Shown piece by piece: positions 8,390 through 17,040 of a DNA stretch of 49,809 nt (position 1 is its first letter; each line of letters opens with the position of its first letter). A program made the translations under genes and the position numbers. A model generated the notes under the pieces. That model had not been told where the DNA came from, ran no database searches, and saw nothing but the letters and a program-made list of their open reading frames with translations. This stretch comes from an uncultured Muribaculaceae bacterium (GTDB taxonomy: Bacteria; Bacillota_I; Bacilli_A; RF39; UBA660), in assembly GCA_964472425.1 (NCBI GenBank), contig CAYYLF010000002.1, forward strand, positions 1-49,809. The letters are read 5' to 3'.

Positions 8390-9994
8390 ATGAATAAGAA
8401 TCCAAATGTAAGAGGTTTCTTGATAATCGTAGGGATAATCCTAATCGTAGCCATAGTCGGGGCGGTAACTGAAAAATACGACGAATACAAAGAAAACCGA
8501 ACATTCAACATCATCTCCTCGACCTCGAACACCTTCTTCGACTCCGAACTCAAAAAGTTCGCCAAAGACAATAAGATAGACGTCCAAATAGACTACTTTG
8601 GCGACATCGAAATAGTCGACATCCTAAACAGCATGAACTCCGACCCTGCGAACAAAAAATACGACGCCGTCTGGATTTCTAATTCCATCTGGCTCTACAT
8701 GCTCGACAACTCCTATCTCGTCACGGACTCCAAATCGATTGCCATCAATCCGGTCGTTCTAGCCGTCACTAAAAGCAAAGCTCGCGAGCTCGGATTCGAT
8801 GACCGCGATGTGACCAACCAAGACATACTATCGGCCATCCGCAACAAACAACTGAACTATGTCATGTCGAGTGTTACTAAGACAAATACGGGTGCTTCGT
8901 CCTACTTGGGGTTCCTAAACAGTCTCGCCGGAAGCCCCGAAGTTCTAACCGTCGACATGCTAAAAAATCCTATTCTCATAAATGACATGAAGACCCTTTT
9001 CACGGGAGTCGAGCGGGTGAGTGGAGATGAACTATACTTAGAAGAAATGTTCCTAAACGGTTCCTACGATGCAATTATCAACTACGAATCGTCTCTCATC
9101 GACATCAACAAAAAACTCGCCTCACAAGGGAAAGAACCTCTCTACTTGGTCTATCCTGTCGATGGAGTTTCGATAAACGACATGCCTTTCGGATATGTGA
9201 GTCGCGAACAAAACAAGAAGGAAACCTTCGAGAAATTCTTGAGCTTCCTCCGAAGCGAAGAGACGAGCAAAACTCTCGAAACGTACGGACTCAGAACGTG
9301 GTACGGAGGGACGAACACATTCGCGGACTCCGCGTCTTTCAAAAGAGAATGGGGCATAGACACGAACGACTACCTCATTCCACTCAAGTACCCGAGCAAA
9401 AAAGTCATCACGGAAGCCCTCGACATATACGTCGAACAACTTCGTAAACCGAATCACACGGTCTTCTGTCTAGACGTCTCGGGAAGCATGATAGGCGAAG
9501 GGCTCGACGAACTACAGGACGCGATGAACTACATACTCGATAGAGAAAAGGCCGGCAAAGACCGACTCCAATTCTCGCCGAACGACAGAATCTCGATAAT
9601 CACCTTCAACAGCCAAATTCAAAAGAAATCGAACACCTTCACGGGCGACAATACACTCCCGCTCATCACCTTTACGAACTCCCTCTATGCTTCTGGCGGA
9701 ACGAACATCTACGATCCGGCCCAAGAGGCTCTCAAAATACTTGCAAGCACGGATGGCAAAGAATACACGCGGACGGTGATACTGATGACCGACGGAGAAT
9801 CGAATACGGGTTCCTTCGAAAACCTGTCTCGTTACTACCAAAACAACCGACTGGACATTCCCATATATAGCATAATGTTCGGCGAATCGAATGCGAGTCA
9901 ACTTTCCGCCATCGCCGACCTCACCAACGCCAAAGTCTTCGACGGCAAAGAAGGCCTCAAAAAAGCCTTCCAAGAAGTTAGGAGTTACAACTGA
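8390..9994 (+). CDS. Membrane-anchored fusion: periplasmic-binding-protein-like domain + von Willebrand factor A domain
   Basis: TM helix FLIIVGIILIVAIVGAV. C-terminal vWA with MIDAS DVSGS (VFCLDVSGSMIGEGL), ..IITFNS.., GGTNIY, MTDGESNTG. Confidence 0.8.
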   Translation: MNKNPNVRGFLIIVGIILIVAIVGAVTEKYDEYKENRTFNIISSTSNTFFDSELKKFAKDNKIDVQIDYFGDIEIVDILNSMNSDPANKKYDAVWISNSIWLYMLDNSYLVTDSKSIAINPVVLAVTKSKARELGFDDRDVTNQDILSAIRNKQLNYVMSSVTKTNTGASSYLGFLNSLAGSPEVLTVDMLKNPILINDMKTLFTGVERVSGDELYLEEMFLNGSYDAIINYESSLIDINKKLASQGKEPLYLVYPVDGVSINDMPFGYVSREQNKKETFEKFLSFLRSEETSKTLETYGLRTWYGGTNTFADSASFKREWGIDTNDYLIPLKYPSKKVITEALDIYVEQLRKPNHTVFCLDVSGSMIGEGLDELQDAMNYILDREKAGKDRLQFSPNDRISIITFNSQIQKKSNTFTGDNTLPLITFTNSLYASGGTNIYDPAQEALKILASTDGKEYTRTVILMTDGESNTGSFENLSRYYQNNRLDIPIYSIMFGESNASQLSAIADLTNAKVFDGKEGLKKAFQEVRSYN

Positions 9995-10608
9995 TGAGAC
10001 AAATACAAAAAAGATACCTATATTCGGGACTTCTCGCCGCCGCATTCTTCATAATAATATACGGAATAATCGATTTCGACATCCTCTTGTCGCTTCTCTT
10101 GACCGCCGTCATATACGTAGGAGGCATCTTCCTCTTCAAAGAGAAGGACATTCGCACTCTCACGCCGGAGAACATCGACAACTACTACTTTATGGCTTCC
10201 AAATGTGCCAATCGAGCGCGCCTCATCGAAGACGAAGAAATTATAGACTACGTCGACAAGATTACGGCTTATACGGATGAGATAATCGTGAGTCTCTCAC
10301 AAAGACCCAAAAAAGTCGAGACCGTCTTCGACTTCTTCGATTACTACCTCGACATCACGAACAAGATACTCTCTCGCTACTACGTGCTCATGAAACACGA
10401 CAAGAAAAGCAAGAAAGATACCGAATTTATAAACAAAACGAAAGAATACCTAAAAAAGATAACCGAGATGTTCTCTCGCCTGCTTTCCAACATGAAAGAG
10501 GCGAGAATGCTCGACATCGAAAGCGAAATCAGAATATTCGAACATACTATCGGACTCAAAAAGACCGATATAGAAGTGGGTGAAAAAGATGAACTTAAAC
10601 AATCCTAA
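9994..10608 (+). CDS. Two-TM helical protein resembling XpaC (5-bromo-4-chloroindolyl phosphate hydrolysis family)
   Basis: TGATG stop/start overlap with the vWA gene. Two N-terminal TM helices, then a helical cytoplasmic part (FDFFDYYLDITNKILSRYYVL). The family assignment is by resemblance only. Confidence 0.5.
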   Translation: MRQIQKRYLYSGLLAAAFFIIIYGIIDFDILLSLLLTAVIYVGGIFLFKEKDIRTLTPENIDNYYFMASKCANRARLIEDEEIIDYVDKITAYTDEIIVSLSQRPKKVETVFDFFDYYLDITNKILSRYYVLMKHDKKSKKDTEFINKTKEYLKKITEMFSRLLSNMKEARMLDIESEIRIFEHTIGLKKTDIEVGEKDELKQS

Positions 10609-11716
10609 AGAAGGAAAAATAGAGAAAATAATCGGAATAGTGATAGTCCTCATCGTCATAATCGCCGCCATCGTCATCAAGAATGCTTTTAACGGAGGAA
10701 ATGCCAAAGTGGACACCGTACGAGTCGCGGCCGGAGGTGGCAAGGAAGCCTTCATGGCCGACGAAGAAGTCTCCAAGATTATGAAGAAAAAGTACGGAAT
10801 CGAAGTATCTTCCGACTCCTGGTCGAACGGCAAACTCGTTTCTTCGCCGGTCGTCGACACCACGGGAAACAAATACGACGCGATATTTTTCTCGGACGAG
10901 AGATTCTACGACTACTACAAACTCGAACCGACGGGAACCGAAGCCCCTCGCGACCGCGTTCGCGACGGAAGTCTTACCTTGAACACGCCGATAGTCATCT
11001 ACAGTTGGGACACGGTCACGGATGCCCTCATGAAAGAAGGCATAGTCACCAACCGGGGAGGAGTCTACTACATCACCGATATGAACAAACTTCTCGATTA
11101 TATCCTCGAAGGCAAAACCTGGAGTGATGTCGGACTTTCGAACATATACGGAAAAATCAACATCGACTCGACCGACCCCGTCACCTCGAGTCCGGGCGCT
11201 ACCTACTATGGACTATTGCTTTCCATCATGACTGGTGGCGAAATGGACGCGACTCACATCCAAGAAGCTTTACCGAAACTCAAAGAATTTTACCTGAAAA
11301 GTGGATACATGAACAACACGCCGGCCGACCTCTTCGAAATGTATTTGAAGACCGGAGTAGGGGCCAAACCGATGATAGTCGATTACGAAAAGAGCATAAT
11401 CGAATTCGCAACGTCGAACCCGAACGGATGGAACCAAGTCAAAGACAAAATACGCATACTGTATCCGACCCCGACCATTTGGAACTCTCACTGCATCGCG
11501 ACTTTCAATGAAACGGGCGACAGATTCTTAAACGCCTTCGACGATGCGGACATCCAACAGATAGCCTGGTCGAAATACGGTTTCCGAGTCGGAGTAAGTG
11601 GAGGCAATTACGATGTGAAAGCCGTCGGGATAAATGGAATACCGCAGTCCATCGACTCGGTCACGGGCGGTCTCAAAATGAACGTCTACAACCAAATCAT
11701 CGATTATTTAAAATAG
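10589..11716 (+). CDS. Membrane-anchored substrate-binding-protein-like protein
   Basis: Overlaps the preceding gene's end. TM IIGIVIVLIVIIAAIVI. Shares a ..KYDA[IV]..S.. pattern with the N-domain of 8390..9994. A GTG at 10580 is an alternative start. Confidence 0.6.
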   Translation: MNLNNPKEGKIEKIIGIVIVLIVIIAAIVIKNAFNGGNAKVDTVRVAAGGGKEAFMADEEVSKIMKKKYGIEVSSDSWSNGKLVSSPVVDTTGNKYDAIFFSDERFYDYYKLEPTGTEAPRDRVRDGSLTLNTPIVIYSWDTVTDALMKEGIVTNRGGVYYITDMNKLLDYILEGKTWSDVGLSNIYGKINIDSTDPVTSSPGATYYGLLLSIMTGGEMDATHIQEALPKLKEFYLKSGYMNNTPADLFEMYLKTGVGAKPMIVDYEKSIIEFATSNPNGWNQVKDKIRILYPTPTIWNSHCIATFNETGDRFLNAFDDADIQQIAWSKYGFRVGVSGGNYDVKAVGINGIPQSIDSVTGGLKMNVYNQIIDYLK

Positions 11717-11736
11717 AAAGAAAGTAGGAAAAAAAT

Positions 11737-12678
11737 ATGGGATTTATCAAATCAATTCAAAAATCGGTCGGAGGACAATACGAAGACCAATTTAGGGAGG
11801 TCATCAAAAGCAACAACGACAACCCCGGCATACTCATCAAAAAAGTGACGACCGAAAACGGAGTCATCACGGACCAATCGCGACTTTTCGTCGAACCAGG
11901 TGAATGTGCCATCTTCACGGACAATGGAGCCATCAAAGACATCATCACCGAACCTGGCATGTACTTCATGGACACTTCATCTCCGACTCTTTTCCAAACG
12001 AACATCTTCAAAGGCATAGGAGCGAATTTCCTAGAGAGCATGAAGAGAATCGCTTACGAAGGCAAGACGATAACCGAACAAGCCGTCTACTTCGTATCTT
12101 TGACCGAAAAATTAGGGAACAGATTCGGACTAGACAAACCGATACTCTACAAAGACCCCGAGTGGGGACCAATCGAGATAGACGCCGGAGGAGAATTCGC
12201 CTTCCAAATCGTCAATCCAATCAACTTGCTCACGAACGTATCCGGTACGACGCGCGACTTCTACGTAGAAGACTTGGCCGGCACGATTAGACCTTACGTC
12301 ACCTCCGGCATCATGACCGAGATTTCGACGAGCGGTTTGAGTTTCGACACCATCTCATCCAAACAGATTGAACTCGGTTCGAAAGTAATCGAAGAGACCA
12401 AAGAAAAACTCGCGAGTATGGGTATCGAGATAACCAAACTCGTCGTCACTTACATAGATGTTCCAGAAGAAGTCAAGAACTCTATGAGAGAGAGAACGGG
12501 TATCAAGATGAAGGCGACCAGTGTCGACGAGGCCGAAGCAGATATCTATACCAAACTCAACAAAGCCGAAGCCATCAAAGACCTCGCGAACAATCCTTCG
12601 AACGCCGGTTCGACCATCATGGGCATGAACGTCGGCAACACCTTCGCTGGAATGCTCAAAGACGACGAGAAAAAATGA
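11737..12678 (+). CDS. SPFH-like protein of the B. subtilis YdjI / COG4260 type
   Basis: MGFIKSIQKSVGGQ...L.V.PG..AIF..NG.I.D....PG.Y N-terminus and a C-terminal helical segment typical of this family. Last gene of the coupled cluster. Confidence 0.6.
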   Translation: MGFIKSIQKSVGGQYEDQFREVIKSNNDNPGILIKKVTTENGVITDQSRLFVEPGECAIFTDNGAIKDIITEPGMYFMDTSSPTLFQTNIFKGIGANFLESMKRIAYEGKTITEQAVYFVSLTEKLGNRFGLDKPILYKDPEWGPIEIDAGGEFAFQIVNPINLLTNVSGTTRDFYVEDLAGTIRPYVTSGIMTEISTSGLSFDTISSKQIELGSKVIEETKEKLASMGIEITKLVVTYIDVPEEVKNSMRERTGIKMKATSVDEAEADIYTKLNKAEAIKDLANNPSNAGSTIMGMNVGNTFAGMLKDDEKK

Positions 12679-12774
12679 TGTCAACAAAACCTGGACCCAA
12701 CGGTCCTTTTCTTTTTAAAGAGAAAAAAGGAAAATAAATCCGCTGGTATTATTTAGTACTGCTTCTTTCTATAT

Positions 12775-12802
12775 TTGACATTTTCTCATTATTCTCTATA
12801 AT
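12775..12802 (+). promoter_or_regulatory. Sigma-A-type promoter
   Basis: TTGACA 12775-12780, 16-nt spacer, TATAAT 12797-12802. The predicted TSS falls after ATG 12805, which favours the start at 12844. Confidence 0.5.
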
Positions 12803-12843
12803 ATATGACGAAATACCAAAAAATCTTATGGGAGGTTTTACAT

Positions 12844-13866
12844 ATGAAAAACAGATACGGTTGGGTTTCCGAATATCAAAGGAAAAAATTTTTGGAAAGA
12901 CACGGAAACAAAAAAACTTCGAGTCCACTAAGCGATTCTTTCGATATAAATCTATCGCTCATAGATTTGAGCCCCGAAAGAAGTAAAGCGATTGCCGTAA
13001 TGCTCGACTTAGATGGCACGAGTACCGATATAGACGATGAAGGTGCAATCATGTTTGTAAGACAATTGGATACGTTGAGAAAAAAATTCGAGGCTGAAAC
13101 TTGTTATATAAGCATTTCGACTCATTATGGAGATATTGCCGATTATAAGATACGACCCGTTTTGAACTGCCTTTCTCGTCATTTAATCGAGCACATTCAA
13201 ATAGGGGAGACGTTCTATTATGATGGAACCTACAGTTACGAAGAAAATAGATTTTATCCCCGTCGTCCGCATTTCAATGCTGACAAAATCGCGACTTTTA
13301 CGGAGTACTACTTGAACCGCGACGATTTCGATACAGTTTGGTTCGCGCTCATCGACGACAACATCGACGAAAACGCTTACAGAGACTATCGAGATGATAA
13401 AACGATGCTCATCGCCAAACCGTCGGCAGGGATAGAAAATACCCCAGCCGATAACATCATGAGTATCTCGACGACTATGAAAGGATTCAGAGGTGTTTTA
13501 AAACTCTTGTCATCATATATCGCCGAGATAGAAAACTTGACTCGGAGCGACATACTCACTCGCCAACGTAACATGAATGACGTTCTCTCAAAACGAAAAC
13601 TACACGAAAAGATACTTATGAGAGACTATGCTTTCTTAGAAAACTATATCTGTGGCAATCGTGCTTCTGACACCGATTATGCAGAAACAATCGAATGGCT
13701 AATTTATACGAACGACAGAAGATATCCTACTTTAGAAGAACTCAAACACATCGAAAAAATTCTCTCTCACATAGCCTCTCATTATCGCGCTCGCGACCAT
13801 GAAATTGAAGCCGAGCACGTGATGAGACTATGCGAAGTATTTAAAAGAACGACTGAATCTAAATAA
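12844..13866 (+). CDS. Hypothetical protein with an HAD-like DxDGT motif
   Basis: GGGAGG 8 nt before ATG 12844. AVMLDLDGTSTD resembles HAD motif I. Otherwise unrecognised. Confidence 0.45.
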   Translation: MKNRYGWVSEYQRKKFLERHGNKKTSSPLSDSFDINLSLIDLSPERSKAIAVMLDLDGTSTDIDDEGAIMFVRQLDTLRKKFEAETCYISISTHYGDIADYKIRPVLNCLSRHLIEHIQIGETFYYDGTYSYEENRFYPRRPHFNADKIATFTEYYLNRDDFDTVWFALIDDNIDENAYRDYRDDKTMLIAKPSAGIENTPADNIMSISTTMKGFRGVLKLLSSYIAEIENLTRSDILTRQRNMNDVLSKRKLHEKILMRDYAFLENYICGNRASDTDYAETIEWLIYTNDRRYPTLEELKHIEKILSHIASHYRARDHEIEAEHVMRLCEVFKRTTESK

Positions 13867-13916
13867 AACTATACTCGAATGTTACCCAAAATGTGTCCAA
13901 AGTCGCCCAATATATT

Positions 13917-13945
13917 TGACATAGTCCCATATATTTGCTAAAATA
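13917..13945 (+). promoter_or_regulatory. Promoter of the rplU-prp-rpmA operon
   Basis: TTGACA 13917-13922, 17-nt spacer with TGc, TAAAAT 13940-13945. Confidence 0.55.
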
Positions 13946-13951
13946 CTCTTG

Positions 13952-14032
13952 TTTGTAATTATTTTATAAACCGCACTTCGAAGGTCGAAAGAGCAAATGT
14001 GCCACCTTCAGAAGGCGAGTCCTAAAAATGAT
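13952..14032 (+). promoter_or_regulatory. Structured 5' leader of rplU (position of the Firmicute L21 leader)
   Basis: About 95-nt leader with complementary segments (GCAC..GTGC; CTTCGAAGG / CCTTCAGAAGG). The call is mainly positional. Confidence 0.3.
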
Positions 14033-14045
14033 GGGAGGGAAAATA

Positions 14046-14345
14046 ATGAAAGCTATATTCGTAACAGGTGGAAAACAGTACTATGTTTCTGAAGGCGATG
14101 TACTTTACGTCGAAAAGTTAGACATCGAAGCTGGCAAAGAAGTCGAATTCGACGAAGTCCTCATGGTCGATGGCAAAGTCGGAACACCTACTGTAAAAGG
14201 TGCCAAAGTCGTCTGTAATGTCGAAAAACACGGCAAACAGAAGAAGATTGTCGTTTTCAAGTACAATCCTAAGAAGAAATATCGTAAAACTCAAGGTCAC
14301 AGACAACCTTACACTAAGTTAGTAGTTTCTAAAATAGTAAAGTAG
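14046..14345 (+). CDS. rplU: 50S ribosomal protein bL21
   Basis: [14 protein letters not shown]...; GGGAGGG RBS before ATG 14046. Confidence 0.93.
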   Translation: MKAIFVTGGKQYYVSEGDVLYVEKLDIEAGKEVEFDEVLMVDGKVGTPTVKGAKVVCNVEKHGKQKKIVVFKYNPKKKYRKTQGHRQPYTKLVVSKIVK

Positions 14346-14352
14346 GTCGGCA

Positions 14353-14646
14353 ATGATAAGAGTAAAAGTTAAACCTGACCACGTCACCATTACCGGCCAT
14401 GCCGAGTATGAAGATTACGGCAAAGACATCGTCTGTGCCAGTGTCTCATCGATAGTCACGACGACTGTAAACGCGATTCTCATGTTCAATCGCAAGACCA
14501 TCGATTACAAAGTGAGTGAAGGTTTAGTCGATATTCGCATCATCTCGCAAGATGATACCACGAAAAAACTCATCGATAATATGCTCGGACTCTTAAGCGA
14601 GTTGGAAGCAGATTATCCTAAGAATATTAAAGTAGAAAGAGAGTGA
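14353..14646 (+). CDS. prp: Ribosomal-processing cysteine protease Prp (YsxB family)
   Basis: GHAEYEDYGKDIVCASVSS motif. Located between rplU and rpmA. Confidence 0.85.
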   Translation: MIRVKVKPDHVTITGHAEYEDYGKDIVCASVSSIVTTTVNAILMFNRKTIDYKVSEGLVDIRIISQDDTTKKLIDNMLGLLSELEADYPKNIKVERE

Positions 14647-14652
14647 AATGTT

Positions 14653-14937
14653 ATGAATTTTATGAAATTGAACATCCAGTTATTCGCTCACGTCAAAGCC
14701 CAAGGTTCTACTCAAAACGGCCGCGATTCAGCCGGTCGTAGACTAGGAGCCAAAGCCTCAGATGGCGAGACGGTGAGTGCTGGAAGCATTCTTTATCGTC
14801 AAAGAGGTACCAAGATTTATCCAGGTACAAACGTCGGAATCGGTAAAGACCATACACTATTTGCCAAAGTCACGGGCGTAGTCAAATTCGAACGCCTAGG
14901 CCGCGACAAGAAAAAAGTAAGTGTTTACGAAGTGTAA
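14653..14937 (+). CDS. rpmA: 50S ribosomal protein bL27 with a Prp-cleavable N-terminal extension
   Basis: [22 protein letters not shown]... has the Firmicute pro-peptide pattern. An alternative ATG lies at 14662. Confidence 0.93.
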   Translation: MNFMKLNIQLFAHVKAQGSTQNGRDSAGRRLGAKASDGETVSAGSILYRQRGTKIYPGTNVGIGKDHTLFAKVTGVVKFERLGRDKKKVSVYEV

Positions 14938-14940
14938 ATA

Positions 14941-15126
14941 TTGACAAAAGACAAAATTGAAGTATAATATATACTGTATTAAAGAGGAAAGCGATGTATC
15001 CACATCCACCTGACCCGCACATTACGAAGTTTAAGCGAGTAGGTAAAAAGCCGAGAATGAAAGTCCAAAGTGGACCGTTTCTAAATGTGCTTTTGAGGTG
15101 GATACATATAGTTATCTACCTTTTTA
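14941..15126 (+). promoter_or_regulatory. Promoter plus L20-leader-like attenuator upstream of infC-rpmI-rplT
   Basis: TTGACA 14941-14946, 16 nt, TATAAT 14963-14968. Terminator GGTGGATA (15097-15104) / TATCTACC (15113-15120) plus TTTTT. The upstream segment ATGTATCCAC (14993-15002) is a perfect complement of GTGGATACAT (15098-15107), giving an alternative long-range pairing. Confidence 0.55.
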
Positions 15127-15163
15127 TATTATTTATTGATGGAGGTGTGTTTTTATAGCACAA

Positions 15164-15685
15164 TTGAGAAAAGATGAGCAACCTATAAACGATAAGATTA
15201 AGGTCGCCGAACTTATGGTCATCGGACCTAATGGAGAACAGATGGGAATCAAAAAAATCGAAGACGCCTTGACTCTCGCGAGTTATGCCGGACTAGATTT
15301 GGTTTTGATGAGTGGGAACTCTACACCTGCTGTAGGCAAAATCATGGACTACAACAAGTATCGTTATGAAAAGCAGAAAAAAGTCAAAGAACAACAAAAA
15401 CGTCAAAGAGAGAACACCAAAGAACTGAAAGAATACAGATTGACTGCCAAAATTGACATAGGAGACTTCGAAACTCGCAAGAAAAATGCGAGAGAGTACC
15501 TCGTCAAAGGTCACAAAGTCAAAGGTTCTATCCGTTTCAAAGGTAGAGAGATGGCTCATACCGAGATAGGAGCAGATGTACTAAACAAGTTTGCCGCCGA
15601 ACTCTCGGATGTTTCGGACGTCGAACAAAAACCGTCGTTGGAAGGCCGCAATATGTCTATAATACTTGCACCTAAGAAGCAATAA
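15164..15685 (+). CDS. infC: Translation initiation factor IF-3
   Basis: INDKIKVAELMVIGPNGEQMGI... is typical IF-3. The ORF-track start is TTG 15164. An in-frame ATA at 15155 sits 9 nt after GGAGG (15141-15145). Confidence 0.93.
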   Translation: MRKDEQPINDKIKVAELMVIGPNGEQMGIKKIEDALTLASYAGLDLVLMSGNSTPAVGKIMDYNKYRYEKQKKVKEQQKRQRENTKELKEYRLTAKIDIGDFETRKKNAREYLVKGHKVKGSIRFKGREMAHTEIGADVLNKFAAELSDVSDVEQKPSLEGRNMSIILAPKKQ

Positions 15686-15717
15686 TAAAAGTAGAAAGAT
15701 TTAAGGAGGAATTAATC

Positions 15718-15906
15718 ATGCCAAAACAAAAGACACATAAATCTACAAAAAAAGTATTGAATGTAAGAAACAGTGGTAGTATCACTTACAAGAAATCGAA
15801 TGGTAACCACAAAACAGCGAAGGACTCTAGTAAACAAGTCCGCAAACGTAGAAAGGCTGGCTCTTTAAGTAAAGCGAACGCTGCTAGACTTAAAGCTGTA
15901 ATCTAA
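15718..15906 (+). CDS. rpmI: 50S ribosomal protein bL35
   Basis: MPKQKTHKSTKK...; size and position. Confidence 0.93.
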   Translation: MPKQKTHKSTKKVLNVRNSGSITYKKSNGNHKTAKDSSKQVRKRRKAGSLSKANAARLKAVI

Positions 15907-15920
15907 TAGGGAGGTAAATT

Positions 15921-16481
15921 ATGACAAGAGTTAAAGGTGGATCTGTTGCAAAAAACAGACGTAGAAAAGTTTTAAAACAAGCCAAAGGTTACTTTGGAAG
16001 CAAGCATAGATTGTTCAAGACGGCTCAAGAACAAGTATTCCACAGTGGTAAATACGCTTATCGTGACCGCAAAAACAACAAACGTAACTTCCGGAAACTT
16101 TGGATTACGCGTATCAATGCTGGTTGCCGTGCTAACGACATCAGTTACTCTAAGTTCATCGATGGTCTCAACAAGGCTGGGGTAGAAGTAAACAGAAAGA
16201 TGCTTTCCGAAATCGCCATCGACAATCCGGCACTATTCACTTCTTACGTAGAGATTGCTAAAGACGCATTAAACGGAAAAGCGCCTAAAGCTACGAAGGC
16301 CGACGCTCCAAAAGCGGAAGTAAAAGAGGAGAAGAAGACTGAAAAAGTAGAGAAGGCCGAAGAGTCTACGACTGACATCTCCAAGATGACTGTCGCCGAA
16401 CTCAAAGAATTAGCCAAAGAAAAAGGCATCGAAAACTACACTTCTATGAAGAAAGCTGAACTTATCGATGCACTAAAATAA
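15921..16481 (+). CDS. rplT: 50S ribosomal protein bL20 with a ~67-aa C-terminal extension
   Basis: Residues 1-118 are canonical bL20 (TRVKGG...KGYFG...YAYRDR...WITRINA). Residues 119-186 are a Lys/Glu/Ala-rich linker plus [31 protein letters not shown]. Confidence 0.93.
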   Translation: MTRVKGGSVAKNRRRKVLKQAKGYFGSKHRLFKTAQEQVFHSGKYAYRDRKNNKRNFRKLWITRINAGCRANDISYSKFIDGLNKAGVEVNRKMLSEIAIDNPALFTSYVEIAKDALNGKAPKATKADAPKAEVKEEKKTEKVEKAEESTTDISKMTVAELKELAKEKGIENYTSMKKAELIDALK

Positions 16482-16503
16482 GGACCAACAAGTCCTTTTT
16501 TTT
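16480..16503 (+). terminator. Rho-independent terminator after rplT
   Basis: AGGAC-caacaa-GTCCT followed by T x8. Confidence 0.7.
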
Positions 16504-16526
16504 GAAACATTTTTCTTGACGTCCGA

Positions 16527-16949
16527 TTAATCTTCCTCTAACATCGTAATTCCGTCATCTAAATCTCCGGTTGCTCGGATTAAGATACTTGCCAATTCTC
16601 CGGTTGGAGTTTTGCTGATATTTACAATCACATCCGCGTAATTTAGACCCAACTCCACGAAGTAAAAATCTTTATCGTTTGTCGCTCCGAGAGTATACAC
16701 TTCATCGCTAATCGTTCTCTTCTCTTCGCTGGCGGTTCCATCTACACCGGTCGAAACACTGATTGTTGCCTCAGTCAATTTTTTCCCTACATAATTTAGT
16801 ACTTTTTTGATGTAGACCTCGTTACCAGCGATACTTTCGTATACATTTTCTCCATTTTCGTCATAAAATGAGATATCTTTTGCCAAACGAACTACTCCAG
16901 AAAATTCTTCTGTGCGAGGCTCATCATTTTTTTCCTTATTGAAAAACAT
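16527..16949 (-). CDS. Hypothetical protein
   Basis: 140-aa ORF convergent with rplT. No recognisable motif. Confidence 0.45.
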   Translation of the reverse strand: MFFNKEKNDEPRTEEFSGVVRLAKDISFYDENGENVYESIAGNEVYIKKVLNYVGKKLTEATISVSTGVDGTASEEKRTISDEVYTLGATNDKDFYFVELGLNYADVIVNISKTPTGELASILIRATGDLDDGITMLEED

Positions 16950-17040
16950 ATAACATCACCTATCATAGTTATAACAAAATTGATATTTAGAGTCAATTCA
17001 TTTTTGGATAAGTTAACCCCAATTTACATATGTCAATGCA

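Noticed and set aside
9891-10280. 129-aa Arg/Ser/Pro-rich + strand ORF (similar ones at 11904..12290, 26747..27124, 43394..43699, 49032..49349)
   Set aside because: These are out-of-frame overlaps of real genes. Their basic low-complexity translation is typical of frame-shifted reading of GA-rich coding DNA.
12805-12843. First 13 codons of ORF 12805..13866, and first 11 codons of ORF 48154..49467
   Set aside because: In both cases a good -35/-10 pair overlaps the upstream ATG, and a strong RBS precedes the next in-frame ATG (12844; 48187).
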